From Candidatus Fermentibacteraceae bacterium (GTDB lineage Bacteria > Fermentibacterota > Fermentibacteria > Fermentibacterales > JCC-6): a stretch of 64,000 nucleotides of DNA. Of the stretch, positions 27,445 through 37,700 are shown in pieces. A program made the position numbers and the translations under genes. The notes beneath the pieces are model-generated. The model ran no database searches. It was not told the origin of the DNA and worked only from the letters and a program-made list of their open reading frames with translations. The stretch spans positions 84,060 to 148,059 of the forward strand of contig JBGSZS010000008.1 of NCBI GenBank assembly GCA_041750285.1. Reading direction: 5' to 3'. Each line of letters starts with the position of its first letter. Positions within the stretch are counted from its first letter, which is position 1.

Positions 27445-27844
27445 CACGCACCACCTTTCCCGTTCCCTGTTCGGCAAGGAGTTCCCGGGCAGCCCTGCGG
27501 TAGATCCTGAAGCGCATGCCGCCCAAGTGTTTTCCACCGTACCACCTGGCCACGATCACGATGCAGTCCACGGCATTCATTCCGTTCATCACTTCGAGGA
27601 TGCACTTCCCCGCACCCGGCTCACCTCCGTCGTTCCTGAACTCGGATCCGTCAGTCAGACGGCATGCCCAGCTCAGCTGACTCGCCTTCTCCATTCGAAA
27701 CCTTTTCGTCGCGGTCTGAACCGCTTCCGAAAGGGCATCCTTCCCGTGAAACGGAATGCCACAGGCAAGGAAACGGCTTTGCTTCTCCAGGATCGGTCTG
27801 CCGCAAACGGCTGTCTCGAGGGTAATGGGTTTCTCAGGGTCCAT
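27422..27844 (-). CDS. IMPACT/YigZ (UPF0029) family N-terminal domain protein
   Basis: NDGGEPGAGKCILEV corresponds to the conserved DDGEPxGTAG motif of the IMPACT/YigZ family. About 140 aa, N-terminal domain only. Confidence 0.5.
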   Translation of the reverse strand: MDPEKPITLETAVCGRPILEKQSRFLACGIPFHGKDALSEAVQTATKRFRMEKASQLSWACRLTDGSEFRNDGGEPGAGKCILEVMNGMNAVDCIVIVARWYGGKHLGGMRFRIYRRAARELLAEQGTGKVVRDAAVHRY

Positions 27845-30464
27845 GTTCTCCCACGGAGGTTTCCTCTATGAAGGTTCTGGCTTCCCTGCAATGCCCGGTG
27901 AGAGAAGGCAGATCAAGCTGTGCAGCCTGTTTCTCCGCATCCGAAAGCGTTTTCAGAGCCTCTTCGGCCTCACCGATCAAGGCCAGGGCCCTGGAGAGCT
28001 GGACAAGTGCGTAGACCCTTCTGTTGCCTCCGCCTTCACCGGCGCAGCTCAGGCTTTCCCGGGCAAGTTCGAGCGCTTCCCGCGGAGAACGGACCTCAGC
28101 GATCCGGGAGAGTTTTTCGAGCGTGAAGGATATCCCTCTGAGATCACCCATCTCCCTTCGAAGGGCAAGTGACAGAACGTGGTTCTTCTCCGCCCCGATG
28201 ACATCTCCCTCGATTGTCAGGATGTCTGCGATGTTGGAGAGCACCGAGGCCCTCATGTAGGCATTGCCCGAGTTCCTGCTCAATGCAGATGCCTCCTCGA
28301 GAAGCTCTCTTGCCGCTGCGAGCTCGCCCCTGCGCTTCCTTACGGACGCGATGTTGCAGAGAAGTGATGTCGCGGGCTGCTCAAGACCGCATACCCTTGA
28401 GAGCGACAGCGCCCTTGTCCAGAGGTCAAGGGCGTTCTCGAGCCGGTTCTGCAGGTGGGCGGCGTTGCCCAGCCCAGCCAGGCAAAGGACCTCGAGGCAG
28501 GGGTCGTCAATGCTCGAAGAGAGTTCCACAGCGGCCTCAAGAAGAGGTGTCGCAGCGATGTGATTCCCGGTGAGGAGATGAAAGGTTCCCATCCTCTCCC
28601 TCAATTCCGCCCGGATTTTGGTCACAAAACGCCCTTCGCACGCTTTGACCGCAACAGCCTCTTCAAAGATCGCGCTCAGGTGGCCGAAGAACTCTATGGC
28701 TTCCCCGAACCGCGATCTCAACTGGAAAAGAACCGAGACGGTCTTTGCATAAGATTCCATTGCGCGGGGTTCAAGATCCCTGAACACGCGTTCCGCGCCC
28801 CTGAGAAGATTGGGCAGTTCGAAGGCTATCCTGTTCAGAGCCTCGGCCTGTCCGCCGCTGTGCACTTCTCTGTAACACTCGTCAAGATACTTCGCATAGT
28901 ACAGATAGTGGGCTTTCTCCAGGCTTTCCTTACGTTCGGGGCTCATCGAGAGCCTTTCAGCGGCAAACAGCCTTGTCAGGGGATGCAGCATGCAGCCACC
29001 GCCGGGTCTGACTTTCAGGATGGAATTGTCGGAAAGGCTCTGCAAAGTGGCGATCCGGCACGAGGCAACCTCTGCGGCAGCCTGCGTGCTGAAGCCGCCC
29101 TCAAAAACAGAAACCCCTTCAAGTGCCCTTCTCTCACACTCGGACAGCAAATCCCACGAGTACCCAAAGACTGCCTGAAGGCTTCTCTGTCTTTCCGGGA
29201 GATCGGAGGAACGGCTCTCCAGAAGACCTATATCCCTTCGGATCTCTTCAAGGAGTTCGGAGCACGGAATGATACGGATCAAGGGTGCGGCAAGTTCTAT
29301 GGCCAGGGGCAGACCGCAGAGCAGACCACAGATGTCCCGAATGGCCTCCCTGTCTTCCGGTCCCGGTGAAAAAGACGGCTGCGCCCTTCTTGCGTTCTCA
29401 AGGAAGAGGTTCGTTGAATCGAATCTCTCCAGTTCATCACCCGGTTTTTGCGGAAGTGACATGCCGGACAGGTCGAAAATGCTTTCCCCCCTCACACCAA
29501 GACAGCGGCGTGAAGTGGCCAGGACCCTTATTCGAGGGCACTCCGAAAGCATTCGGGAGACCAGCCGGGAATGGGCGACAAGGTGCTCGAAATTGTCGAG
29601 CACGATCAGGGCGTTCAAATGACCCAACGCCGAGAAAAGGCGGGCCTCCTCATCCCCGCTGCCCGAAAAGGAGACGGAAACTTCCTGTGCAATCGCCGCA
29701 ACCATTCCCGCCGCAGTCGATACGGATTCAAGCGGCACGAACCAGACTCCGTCCTGGAACGACGCAACGTTCTCCGCGGCAACCTGTACCGCCAAACGGG
29801 TTTTCCCCGAACCTCCATGACCGAGTATGGTGATAAGCCTTCTGTCGTGTTCGGAAAGCAGGGCTGTTATCTCCCCCATCTCCCGATGGCGTCCGAGGAA
29901 GGGTGTGGGCTGAACGGGCAGGTTGTGATGATGCGAGGATACGGTCTGAAGAGGCGGGAAGTTCCCTGGCAGCTCCGGGTGCTCAAGAATGAAGATGTGC
30001 TCGGGTTCCAGAAGATCCTTGAGCATGTGCAAGCCGGCATCCTTCAGCAGCGCTCCCCCCGGAATGCTTTCAGTGACCGCCGCAGAAGCGCTTGTTACTG
30101 TCTGGCCTCCCCATGCCGCCGACATGAGCCGCATTGTCCTGTTGACAGGATCACCGAAGTAGTCACCACAGCTCTCAATGGCATCTCCGGAATGAACGCC
30201 GATTCTCACCTCCAGGCCGTCAACGTCTGTCCAGTCCTGTTTCTGAAGGGCAAGCTGAATTCCCAGAGCGCATTCAAGGGCGGTTCCGCCAGTGAAAACC
30301 AGCATGAAACCATCGCCGGTATGCTTCACCACCCTGCCGCCATGAAGCTCAACCTCCCGGCGCACCAGGATGTCATGCCTGGCAAGTGCCTCGCTCATCG
30401 CTTCAGGATGGAGCTGCCACTTCCGGGTCGATCCCTGAATGTCCGTGAACATGAATGAGGGCAT
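27834..30464 (-). CDS. Class III adenylate/guanylate cyclase domain fused to a STAND/AAA_16 NTPase and TPR repeats
   Basis: N-terminal FMFTDIQGSTRKW...KHTGDGFMLVF cyclase signature, P-loop GHGGSGKTRLA, long helical TPR-like C-terminus. Confidence 0.7.
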   Translation of the reverse strand: MPSFMFTDIQGSTRKWQLHPEAMSEALARHDILVRREVELHGGRVVKHTGDGFMLVFTGGTALECALGIQLALQKQDWTDVDGLEVRIGVHSGDAIESCGDYFGDPVNRTMRLMSAAWGGQTVTSASAAVTESIPGGALLKDAGLHMLKDLLEPEHIFILEHPELPGNFPPLQTVSSHHHNLPVQPTPFLGRHREMGEITALLSEHDRRLITILGHGGSGKTRLAVQVAAENVASFQDGVWFVPLESVSTAAGMVAAIAQEVSVSFSGSGDEEARLFSALGHLNALIVLDNFEHLVAHSRLVSRMLSECPRIRVLATSRRCLGVRGESIFDLSGMSLPQKPGDELERFDSTNLFLENARRAQPSFSPGPEDREAIRDICGLLCGLPLAIELAAPLIRIIPCSELLEEIRRDIGLLESRSSDLPERQRSLQAVFGYSWDLLSECERRALEGVSVFEGGFSTQAAAEVASCRIATLQSLSDNSILKVRPGGGCMLHPLTRLFAAERLSMSPERKESLEKAHYLYYAKYLDECYREVHSGGQAEALNRIAFELPNLLRGAERVFRDLEPRAMESYAKTVSVLFQLRSRFGEAIEFFGHLSAIFEEAVAVKACEGRFVTKIRAELRERMGTFHLLTGNHIAATPLLEAAVELSSSIDDPCLEVLCLAGLGNAAHLQNRLENALDLWTRALSLSRVCGLEQPATSLLCNIASVRKRRGELAAARELLEEASALSRNSGNAYMRASVLSNIADILTIEGDVIGAEKNHVLSLALRREMGDLRGISFTLEKLSRIAEVRSPREALELARESLSCAGEGGGNRRVYALVQLSRALALIGEAEEALKTLSDAEKQAAQLDLPSLTGHCREARTFIEETSVGEHGP

Positions 30465-30533
30465 CGAGCCTCCCGCGCGTAATGGAAACATGGGAAACAC
30501 GACCCTGGAAAACCAGAACGCGTGACCCTTTCC

Positions 30534-30914
30534 CTACACCAGCATGATGAGGGTTATGGCAAGTACAGGCAGGTAAAGCACAAGGGCGGCTCCCACGGGC
30601 ACAAGGAGGGTGCGCAAAGGGCGAGTCCGGCGGAGAATGAGAGCCCCGTTGGAGGCCAGAGCCCCGACAAGACCGGCAGCAAGCAGGACCCTGAAGGCGG
30701 CAGACAATTCTGGAACCGGTTGTGCGCCGGGTTCGGACGCCACCCTCCAGTGCAGAAGAAAGGCGCTCACAGAAAGAAGAACGGCGAACACCGAGAGCCC
30801 TGATACTGCAGGAAGTATGCCCTTCCCTCTCACGCTTCCAGCTTCACCTGGCTTCCAGGATGGAGTCGACGGCTTCGACATGGGCGTTGGCCGAAGCTGC
30901 CGCATCCCTGGCAT
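30534..30914 (-). CDS. Small polytopic membrane protein (hypothetical)
   Basis: 126 aa with three to four hydrophobic helices. Lies immediately upstream of the cyclase-STAND gene on the same strand. Confidence 0.3.
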   Translation of the reverse strand: MPGMRQLRPTPMSKPSTPSWKPGEAGSVRGKGILPAVSGLSVFAVLLSVSAFLLHWRVASEPGAQPVPELSAAFRVLLAAGLVGALASNGALILRRTRPLRTLLVPVGAALVLYLPVLAITLIMLV

Positions 30915-31095
30915 CGTGGATCACTCCGGTCGGCACCGGAGGCGTGGCTATGTCGTTTATGGCTTCCACGGCTCCGATCATCCCGGTTCCCTGACCGGCG
31001 GTCCGCCCTTCAGGGTTGTCCGGTTCACCGCATGAAGCCTGCATCAGCAGCACAAGCGCTGCGACAGCGAGGCCGGCCTTGATCCCTGCCTTCAC
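30844..31095 (-). CDS. Small lipoprotein (hypothetical)
   Basis: Lipobox LLMQASC. 83 aa. Confidence 0.3.
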   Translation of the reverse strand: MKAGIKAGLAVAALVLLMQASCGEPDNPEGRTAGQGTGMIGAVEAINDIATPPVPTGVIHDARDAAASANAHVEAVDSILEAR

Positions 31096-31784
31096 CTGAA
31101 CACCGCCTTTATGGCTCCAAACGTCATTGTTTCCAGCCCTTGTGGGGTCAGGACAACCTGGAAGTCGTCGGCAAGGATGGAGGGCATCCCGCCCTCGAAA
31201 AGCATGGCGAAGCCGCTAAGGCCTGAACCAAGCAGGTAGGTCTGGTCGAGTACCTGGGCTGCCTGCTGGCCGTTAATGTGGAGGGTGAGTGTTACCGGAT
31301 CGGTGTTCTCAGCCGTCAGTCCAACACTTACCCAGGTTCCGGGTGTGATCGTGGGACCAAAATCGCTGTAGAGCAGCTCGTAGTCACCGGCAACGTTCAC
31401 ATAGCCGATGTAGGCGTATGTGAAGGGCTGGAGGAAGACTATCACTCCGCCCACGTAGGCTTCCCCGGTGGTGATCTGCATTCTGGCGAGAACGTTCACG
31501 AGACTCCCGGTGCCGTCGGGGCTGAAGTCCATTGAAACCGACCCGTCCGCCCAGAAACCTGCCGCGCTGCAAAGATACCCCAGATACGTTGAATCGGGAA
31601 AGAAAGCCTCGATCACCTGATTCTCACCCTGGGTTGTCACCAGGGCGTAGCCTCCGTTCTCCTCCCTGATCCAGTTACCTGATGATTCCGGGCCCTGCCC
31701 CGGCTGGTACGACTGGAAGTCATCGAAGAAATCCCCCTGCACGAGACCCGAAAATGCCGCAAGCAGCAAAAGTGCTTTTTTCAT
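31092..31784 (-). CDS. Secreted beta-rich protein ending in the conserved C-terminal tail ...TFGAIKAVFR
   Basis: Signal peptide MKKALLLLAAFSGLVQG. C-terminal decapeptide is shared with the divergently transcribed neighbour. Confidence 0.45.
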   Translation of the reverse strand: MKKALLLLAAFSGLVQGDFFDDFQSYQPGQGPESSGNWIREENGGYALVTTQGENQVIEAFFPDSTYLGYLCSAAGFWADGSVSMDFSPDGTGSLVNVLARMQITTGEAYVGGVIVFLQPFTYAYIGYVNVAGDYELLYSDFGPTITPGTWVSVGLTAENTDPVTLTLHINGQQAAQVLDQTYLLGSGLSGFAMLFEGGMPSILADDFQVVLTPQGLETMTFGAIKAVFR

Positions 31785-32037
31785 ACCCCACCCTTCTCCG
31801 GTGCATCCCGTGTTCATCGTAATATAGGGCGAAGCCGGAAGGCATGCGTTGACTCATGGAGCTGTTCCGGAAGAAGGGGCGGGTCTGGATATGGATCCTG
31901 GACCGGGAACAATCTGGACAGGTTGCATGTAAGAACAGATAATAGCAAGGGAGCGGAAAGCTGCGCCGGGGCTCCGGCAGAAAGCCGGCGTCATGCAGGT
32001 GAAGCTTGGCTCCCTGGAAAAGGATCAGGAGGGGAAG

Positions 32038-32640
32038 ATGAAAGGCATAACTCTGGCAGTGATGATGACGGTTCTGACCGCTGCTGTGGCCTTCGCTGAA
32101 ACCTACAGTCAAATGCCCGATGCGGACACCTGGATCTGGCCGGGCCAGGGCCCGTTCGGGTCGAGTCAGCAGCTCCGGACCAACAACATCAGTTCCTTCG
32201 ATCAGAGGATAGTCATCGGATTCGACCTGTCTTCAATACCGCAGGAAGCCATTGTCAACACTGCATACCTGAACGTCTACAGGTACGACGGCAGCGCGGG
32301 AAGTGCCCTGGATTGCGAGATCTACCGGGTGACTGAAACGTGGGACGAAAACACCCTGGTGAATACCATCGCGTACGAAAGCACTGGCTCGTACGACCAG
32401 ATCCTCGTGACAGAGAACGGATGGTACGCTTTCGACGTGACAAGCCTTGTCCAGGAATGGATTCAGGGGCTCTACCCGAACTACGGCGCGGTCTTCTTCG
32501 GAACGGGCGGCGCAGGGCTGTACCAGTACTTCCGTTCGCGGGAAGCCGCCTCGGACAACCCGTACCTGGTCGTTGAGTATGAACTTCCCGGCTCCTTCGA
32601 GGAATGCACATTCGGAGCGATAAAGGCGTTGTACCGATAG
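32038..32640 (+). CDS. Secreted DNRLRE-domain protein ending in the conserved C-terminal tail ...TFGAIKALYR
   Basis: Signal peptide MKGITLAVMMTVLTAAVAFA. Body matches the DNRLRE-domain pattern (IVIGFDLSSIP..AYLNVY..VTETWDE..WYAFDVTSLVQEW..FRSREAASDNPYLVVEY). Confidence 0.5.
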   Translation: MKGITLAVMMTVLTAAVAFAETYSQMPDADTWIWPGQGPFGSSQQLRTNNISSFDQRIVIGFDLSSIPQEAIVNTAYLNVYRYDGSAGSALDCEIYRVTETWDENTLVNTIAYESTGSYDQILVTENGWYAFDVTSLVQEWIQGLYPNYGAVFFGTGGAGLYQYFRSREAASDNPYLVVEYELPGSFEECTFGAIKALYR

Positions 32641-32844
32641 GATCCTGACCAAGACCAGTCAACGCAGCGGGTGGTCTCACCCTGAGTTGATCGCCATGGG
32701 AGATGTCTTTTCCTTTCTCATTGATCGTGTTCGCATTGACCGGGCCTGCCCGGGCGGATTAGTGTAGTCTGAACAAGACGGCACATGGCTGGAACTGCGA
32801 AGTTTCGGGGGTTTTTTTGTGCTCCTGCAGAAGGGAGGCCCGGC

Positions 32845-33969
32845 ATGAGGTACAGGAAGCTTGGCAGAACGGGTGAAAGCGTTTCCACACTGGCCTTCGG
32901 GGCAATGCGGCTGCCACACGAGCCGGGTGACCCTGAAAGCATACTTCACGCGGAGGCACAGGATCTGGTCTACCGGGCTCTGGCGCTGGGAGTGAACCTG
33001 CTGGACACTGCCTGGAACTACCACAGGGAGAAAAGCGAGGTTTTTCTAGGCGACATCCTCTCTCCCGGTGAGAGGGGGAAGATCCTTCTCTCAACGAAGC
33101 TGCCGTGCTGGCTGGTGGAGAAACCCGATGATGCAGGGAGATTCCTGGACAAACAGATGGAGAGGCTCAGAACCGACTGGCTCGACATCTATCTCCTTCA
33201 CGGGCTCAACCGGAGAACCTGGGAGAAGATGAAGGCTGCCGGAATTCCGGAGTGGGGCGCCCGCATGAGGGAAGAAGGGCGGATCCGCTTCTTCGGTTTC
33301 AGCTTTCACGACAGCTACGAAACTTACAAGGACGTACTCGCCCACATGAACTGGGACCTTTGCCTTTTGATGCTGAACTATGTCGACACCGAGTACCAGG
33401 CGGGTCTGAAGGGAGTCCTTGATGCCGCTGCCAGAGGCATGGGTGTGATGATAATGGAGCCCCTTCGAGGGGGTTCTCTGGCGGGCAACCTTCCCGCAGA
33501 TGTCTCGGCTTGTTTCCGTGGAACACAGCATACACCTGCGGCCCTTGGTCTTCGCTGGGTATGGAACCTTCCCGGCGTATCAACGGTTCTCAGCGGTATG
33601 ACGACTGTGGGTCAGCTCGAAGAGAATGCCGCACTGGCGGATCAATCGCCTGCGGGTTGTCTGGACACCGGTGAGCTCGAAGCCTACAAAAAGGCCAGGG
33701 AAGTGTTTCTTGCAAGGGCCGAGATCCCCTGCACGCAGTGTGAATACTGCATGCCCTGCCCACAGGGAGTGGCCATCCCATGGTGCTTCAACTACTACAA
33801 TTACTACACCATGCACGCTGACCTCGAACAGGCGAGAACCCTCTACGGCTTCATAGGTGAAAGGTTCGGCGCCCACAGGTGCAACAGGTGCGGTGCATGC
33901 CTCGAGCGGTGCCCAAGGGGTCTTTCGATCCCCGATCTTCTCGAGAAGGTCCACTCCACACTGGGATGA
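32845..33969 (+). CDS. Aldo/keto reductase fused to a C-terminal 2x[4Fe-4S] ferredoxin-like domain
   Basis: AKR N-terminus (MRYRKLGRTGESVSTLAFGAMRL.. LLDTAWNYH). C-terminal CTQCEYCMPCP and CNRCGACLERCP cluster motifs. Confidence 0.7.
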   Translation: MRYRKLGRTGESVSTLAFGAMRLPHEPGDPESILHAEAQDLVYRALALGVNLLDTAWNYHREKSEVFLGDILSPGERGKILLSTKLPCWLVEKPDDAGRFLDKQMERLRTDWLDIYLLHGLNRRTWEKMKAAGIPEWGARMREEGRIRFFGFSFHDSYETYKDVLAHMNWDLCLLMLNYVDTEYQAGLKGVLDAAARGMGVMIMEPLRGGSLAGNLPADVSACFRGTQHTPAALGLRWVWNLPGVSTVLSGMTTVGQLEENAALADQSPAGCLDTGELEAYKKAREVFLARAEIPCTQCEYCMPCPQGVAIPWCFNYYNYYTMHADLEQARTLYGFIGERFGAHRCNRCGACLERCPRGLSIPDLLEKVHSTLG

Positions 33970-34028
33970 TCCCATGAACCAAAGCGGCCCCGGCGGGTTG
34001 CCGGAGCCGCACTTGTGACGGTCTGTCC

Positions 34029-34628
34029 CTACGGGGTGTAAAGATTGTTTATGAGAAGCTCGGCGAGCTTGATGCTGGTTTCGGTTCTGTCCAGACCAGG
34101 AAAGACCGCTGGTTCCCAGGTTATGTGAAAGCATACGTTCCCGCGAAGGCCGACGAACCGCACCGGCAGGCGGTCGGCCGAGGGGACGTCGCCTATGGAG
34201 GCGGCATCCCAGAGGGCTCCGGGAACCTCAACGGGGTTGGTGAGGAAGCTGACGGCGAAGTCGTAACCACTGCGGCCGCCTGCCACGTCAACCTCGAACC
34301 TGACCTTGCTGTACGGAATGCTGCCTATGTTGTAGCTGCCCACAGGCTTGCCAGACGCGGCGCTGCTTGCGGCCTCGGGGAACGAAGCAAAGCCCGCGGT
34401 TCCCATGATGGCTTCAACCTCGGCGGGAGCAATGGCATCGTTCATTGCCCAGCCGTCGGGAAGAACTATCGTATCTCCGGGCTGACCCGGCTGAATCCCG
34501 GTTTCGGTCTCGACATCCGCTTCCGTTTCCGTGGCGGTTTCGGCGGCGGTGTCCGGTGCGGGTTGTTCCCCGCATCCCGCAAGGGCGAAAAGCATCAATG
34601 CTGCAAGAAGAAGGATCGTCTCTTTCAT
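34029..34628 (-). CDS. Lipoprotein (hypothetical)
   Basis: Lipobox LAGC after a hydrophobic N-terminus, then an acidic low-complexity linker. Confidence 0.4.
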   Translation of the reverse strand: MKETILLLAALMLFALAGCGEQPAPDTAAETATETEADVETETGIQPGQPGDTIVLPDGWAMNDAIAPAEVEAIMGTAGFASFPEAASSAASGKPVGSYNIGSIPYSKVRFEVDVAGGRSGYDFAVSFLTNPVEVPGALWDAASIGDVPSADRLPVRFVGLRGNVCFHITWEPAVFPGLDRTETSIKLAELLINNLYTP

Positions 34629-34735
34629 CGCCTCACCTTTCCTGAATCAACCTGTTTGTTATCATTACCGGACGGCAGGGTCAGTCATCCACCCGGTAAA
34701 TTCAATCATAGCTGTTTTTATGTGTTCCGGCACTG

Positions 34736-37700
34736 TCAATCGTCGGGAATACCGGGTATCCCCAACCGGTCGGCCAGGCCACGCATCTTCAGGCCAAGTT
34801 CCTCTCCGACGTTCCTGCCCTCACAGACCGACACCGCCCGGAGGTGCAGATCTGAAGCCCTGTCACGATTCCCAGCCTCCAATTCCATCCCGGCAAGCAT
34901 GCAAAGGGCTCCGGCTTCGCCGATCCCGTCTTCGGAAGCGCGACTCACCTCAAGGGATCTGCGGAGGACCTGGTCGGCCTGCTCGGACCTTCCGGTGAGT
35001 ATCAGAAGTTCTGCAAGGCTGTTGAGGGTTTCCACCTCGTCGAGGGTCTGACCCGTTTCCTCCTGAATGGCAAGTGACTGCCTGAAAAGAGACTCGGCCT
35101 CCATGAACCTTCCATTCCTTGCGGCGAGTCTGCCGAGTTTTGCCAGGGTCTGGAGTTCGAGCAACCTGTTCCCCGTTTTCCTGTAGATGACAAGGGCCGA
35201 GTCGTAGTGTTTCCCGGCGTCTTCAAGCCTGCCCTCGAGCAGGGCGAGGATGCCCAGGTTCGCATGGGCGTTTGCCTCGCTCTGCAGATTTCCGGTCTCA
35301 CCGGTCAGTTCAAGTGCTTTCCGGTAAAACTTCCCAGCCTGGTCAATGTCTCCGAGGCATCGGTGTATGACACCAATGTTCAGGAGTGTGTTCCCCTCGT
35401 ACCACCTGTTCCGTGTTTCCCTGCTCACCTCGTTGGCTGTCCGAAAGAACTCCAGTGCTTCGGGGAGCCTCTCCAGGTTCCAGTTCGCTATCCCCAGCGA
35501 GTTAATGGCCATGCATTCGGCATTTCTGTCTCCGCACTTCCTGAAAAGGCTCAATGCCCTCTCTGACAGCTCCACACTTTCAAGGGGTCTGCCCTGCTTG
35601 ATGCAGAGGGCGGCCATGTCGGCGAGCATTCCGCCATGGACCTCCTCGTCACACAGCCCGGCCGATTCAATAATGGCCTGAGAAAGGGTCTCCCTGGCCT
35701 GCTCCAGCATGCCGGTGTGTATCTGCATCCTGCCCAGGCGCCCCATCACCATTACCGTCCAGTCGCGCCTTTCAGCCCTCCCTGCTGCATCTTCCAGTTC
35801 GCGCAGCAACAACGCCTGTTCCTCCCTCCGCCCCAGAAGGTCCAGGAATTTTTCACGGGCCATCATCACCTCGAACAGGGAATTGTCTCGATAGCTGCTT
35901 CCAGGCTGGCCTTTGATCAACCTGAGAAGGCGGTCGGTGACAACCAGCCCCTCCTCATTGAGGAAATGGAGCTCACAATGCTCGAGGGCGCGGAGCCCCC
36001 ACTCGATGGCTTTGCCAGAGTCACCCGCCAGGTCCCAGTGGTCGGCGATCACAACAGCCATGTCGCTCCTGCCTGCGGCAAAGTCCTGCTCCAGTGCCTG
36101 GGCGGCGAGCCTGTGCAGTACGGTTCGGTTCCGGAAGAGCAGCATGTCGTATGCCGCATCACGAATGAGAAGATGGGCGAAACGACGGCCTGGTTCTCCG
36201 CAGAAATCCATGGGCTTCAAGAAACCCCTTCCGCAGAGCTGCTTGAGGCATTCGGCCGGGGGGATGCCGTTTCCCGGAAGCACGTTGATCCTCGAGAACA
36301 GGTCGTCGGTGAATTCGGATCCAAGAACCGAAGCAAGAAGCAGGCCGGACTTCAGTCCGCCGGAGAGCCTGTCGATCCGCGACCTGATTATGCCGCCCAG
36401 GGATGCAGGCGCAGGAGGTGCGGCGGGATGAGGGTGGTATTCCCATCCGTTTCCGGTTTCCACAAGGCGTCCCGATTCGATCAGGTCAAGCACCATCTCC
36501 TCGATGAAGAACGGATTACCCCCGGATCTCTCCAGAACAGCTTCCCCGACCTCCCGGCTGACCTCGCACCCAAGCATGTGTCCGATGATCAGCTTCCCAT
36601 CCTTTTTCTCCAGCTCCTCCAGCCTGATGATCCGATGCGGATGCTCAGGACGCGCATCGGCATATCCGTCGGAGCGGTACGAAAGGAGAACAAGCACCCT
36701 GCGCAGGGGACGCAGGCCCCCGAGAATGAAATCGAGCACTTCCCGGGAAGCTGCATCGGCCCACTGGATGTCCTCGAGCAGAAGAAGCACTTCCCTGGAA
36801 GCGGATGCCGCCTCGATGATCTTCCTGAGAGAGATCATCATCTCCTTTCGGCGTGAGTCGCGGCTCATCCCAGAGAAGGGCTGGGTTCCAGGGTCGAGTG
36901 ATAGAAGGCTTCGAAGGAAGGGGAGCGTTCCTGCAAGGTCATCGATTCGGATAGTTTCAGCGTTTGAGACGAGTCTTTCGACAAGGGCTTCGGGAGACCT
37001 GTCCTGCGAACCCAGCAGGAAATCTCCTGCAATGGCATCGGCGAGCATGGTTGACCAAAGCCCCAGGGGCGGCTGTGAGAATGAGAGATTCCTTCCGGTT
37101 AAAACCGCGGGCTTTTCGGAGCTGCGCGCAAGCTCACCGGCAAACTCGTAAAGCAGTCTGGACTTCCCGATGCCGGCCTCACCCGTTACGGAAACGACGG
37201 CAAACGAACCCGGTCCCAGCCCCTCCCAGATGGTACGAAGCAGGGAGAGCTCCCCTTCCCGGCCAAGATGAGGCGTTCCCGATATTCTGGCGGCCCTCTC
37301 CCACCTCTGAAGCGGAACCGTCCCGGGGCCTGTCGGCTGATGGGCATGAACAGGGGCGGATCTTCCCCTGATGATCATCTCACCAAGGTCCGACCACGCG
37401 AACATTTCGCCGCACATGTCCCTTGCCCTCCCGGAAACCGCCGCACTGCCAAGGGGAGCCATGTCCGCAAGACGGGAAGCAACGTTCACCACATCTCCGG
37501 TTGCCGTCAGATGGCCGCAGGCATCGGGAGCGACAATGACCTGTCCGCAGCTCACACCGGCTCTTGCTTCCACCTTGATGCCTTCACCCGCAAGCATCTC
37601 GTTGACCTGGTCGAGGGCGCGGAGCATTCGAAGGGCGCTGTCAACGGCCCTCACCGAATCGTTGTCACCGGCCTGCTCGGCACCGAAGAGGGCCATGATC

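Noticed and set aside
33984-34010. GC-rich hairpin (GCGGC...GCCGC) between convergent AKR and lipoprotein genes
   Set aside because: Plausible bidirectional terminator but no U-tract on either side. Too weak to call as a feature.
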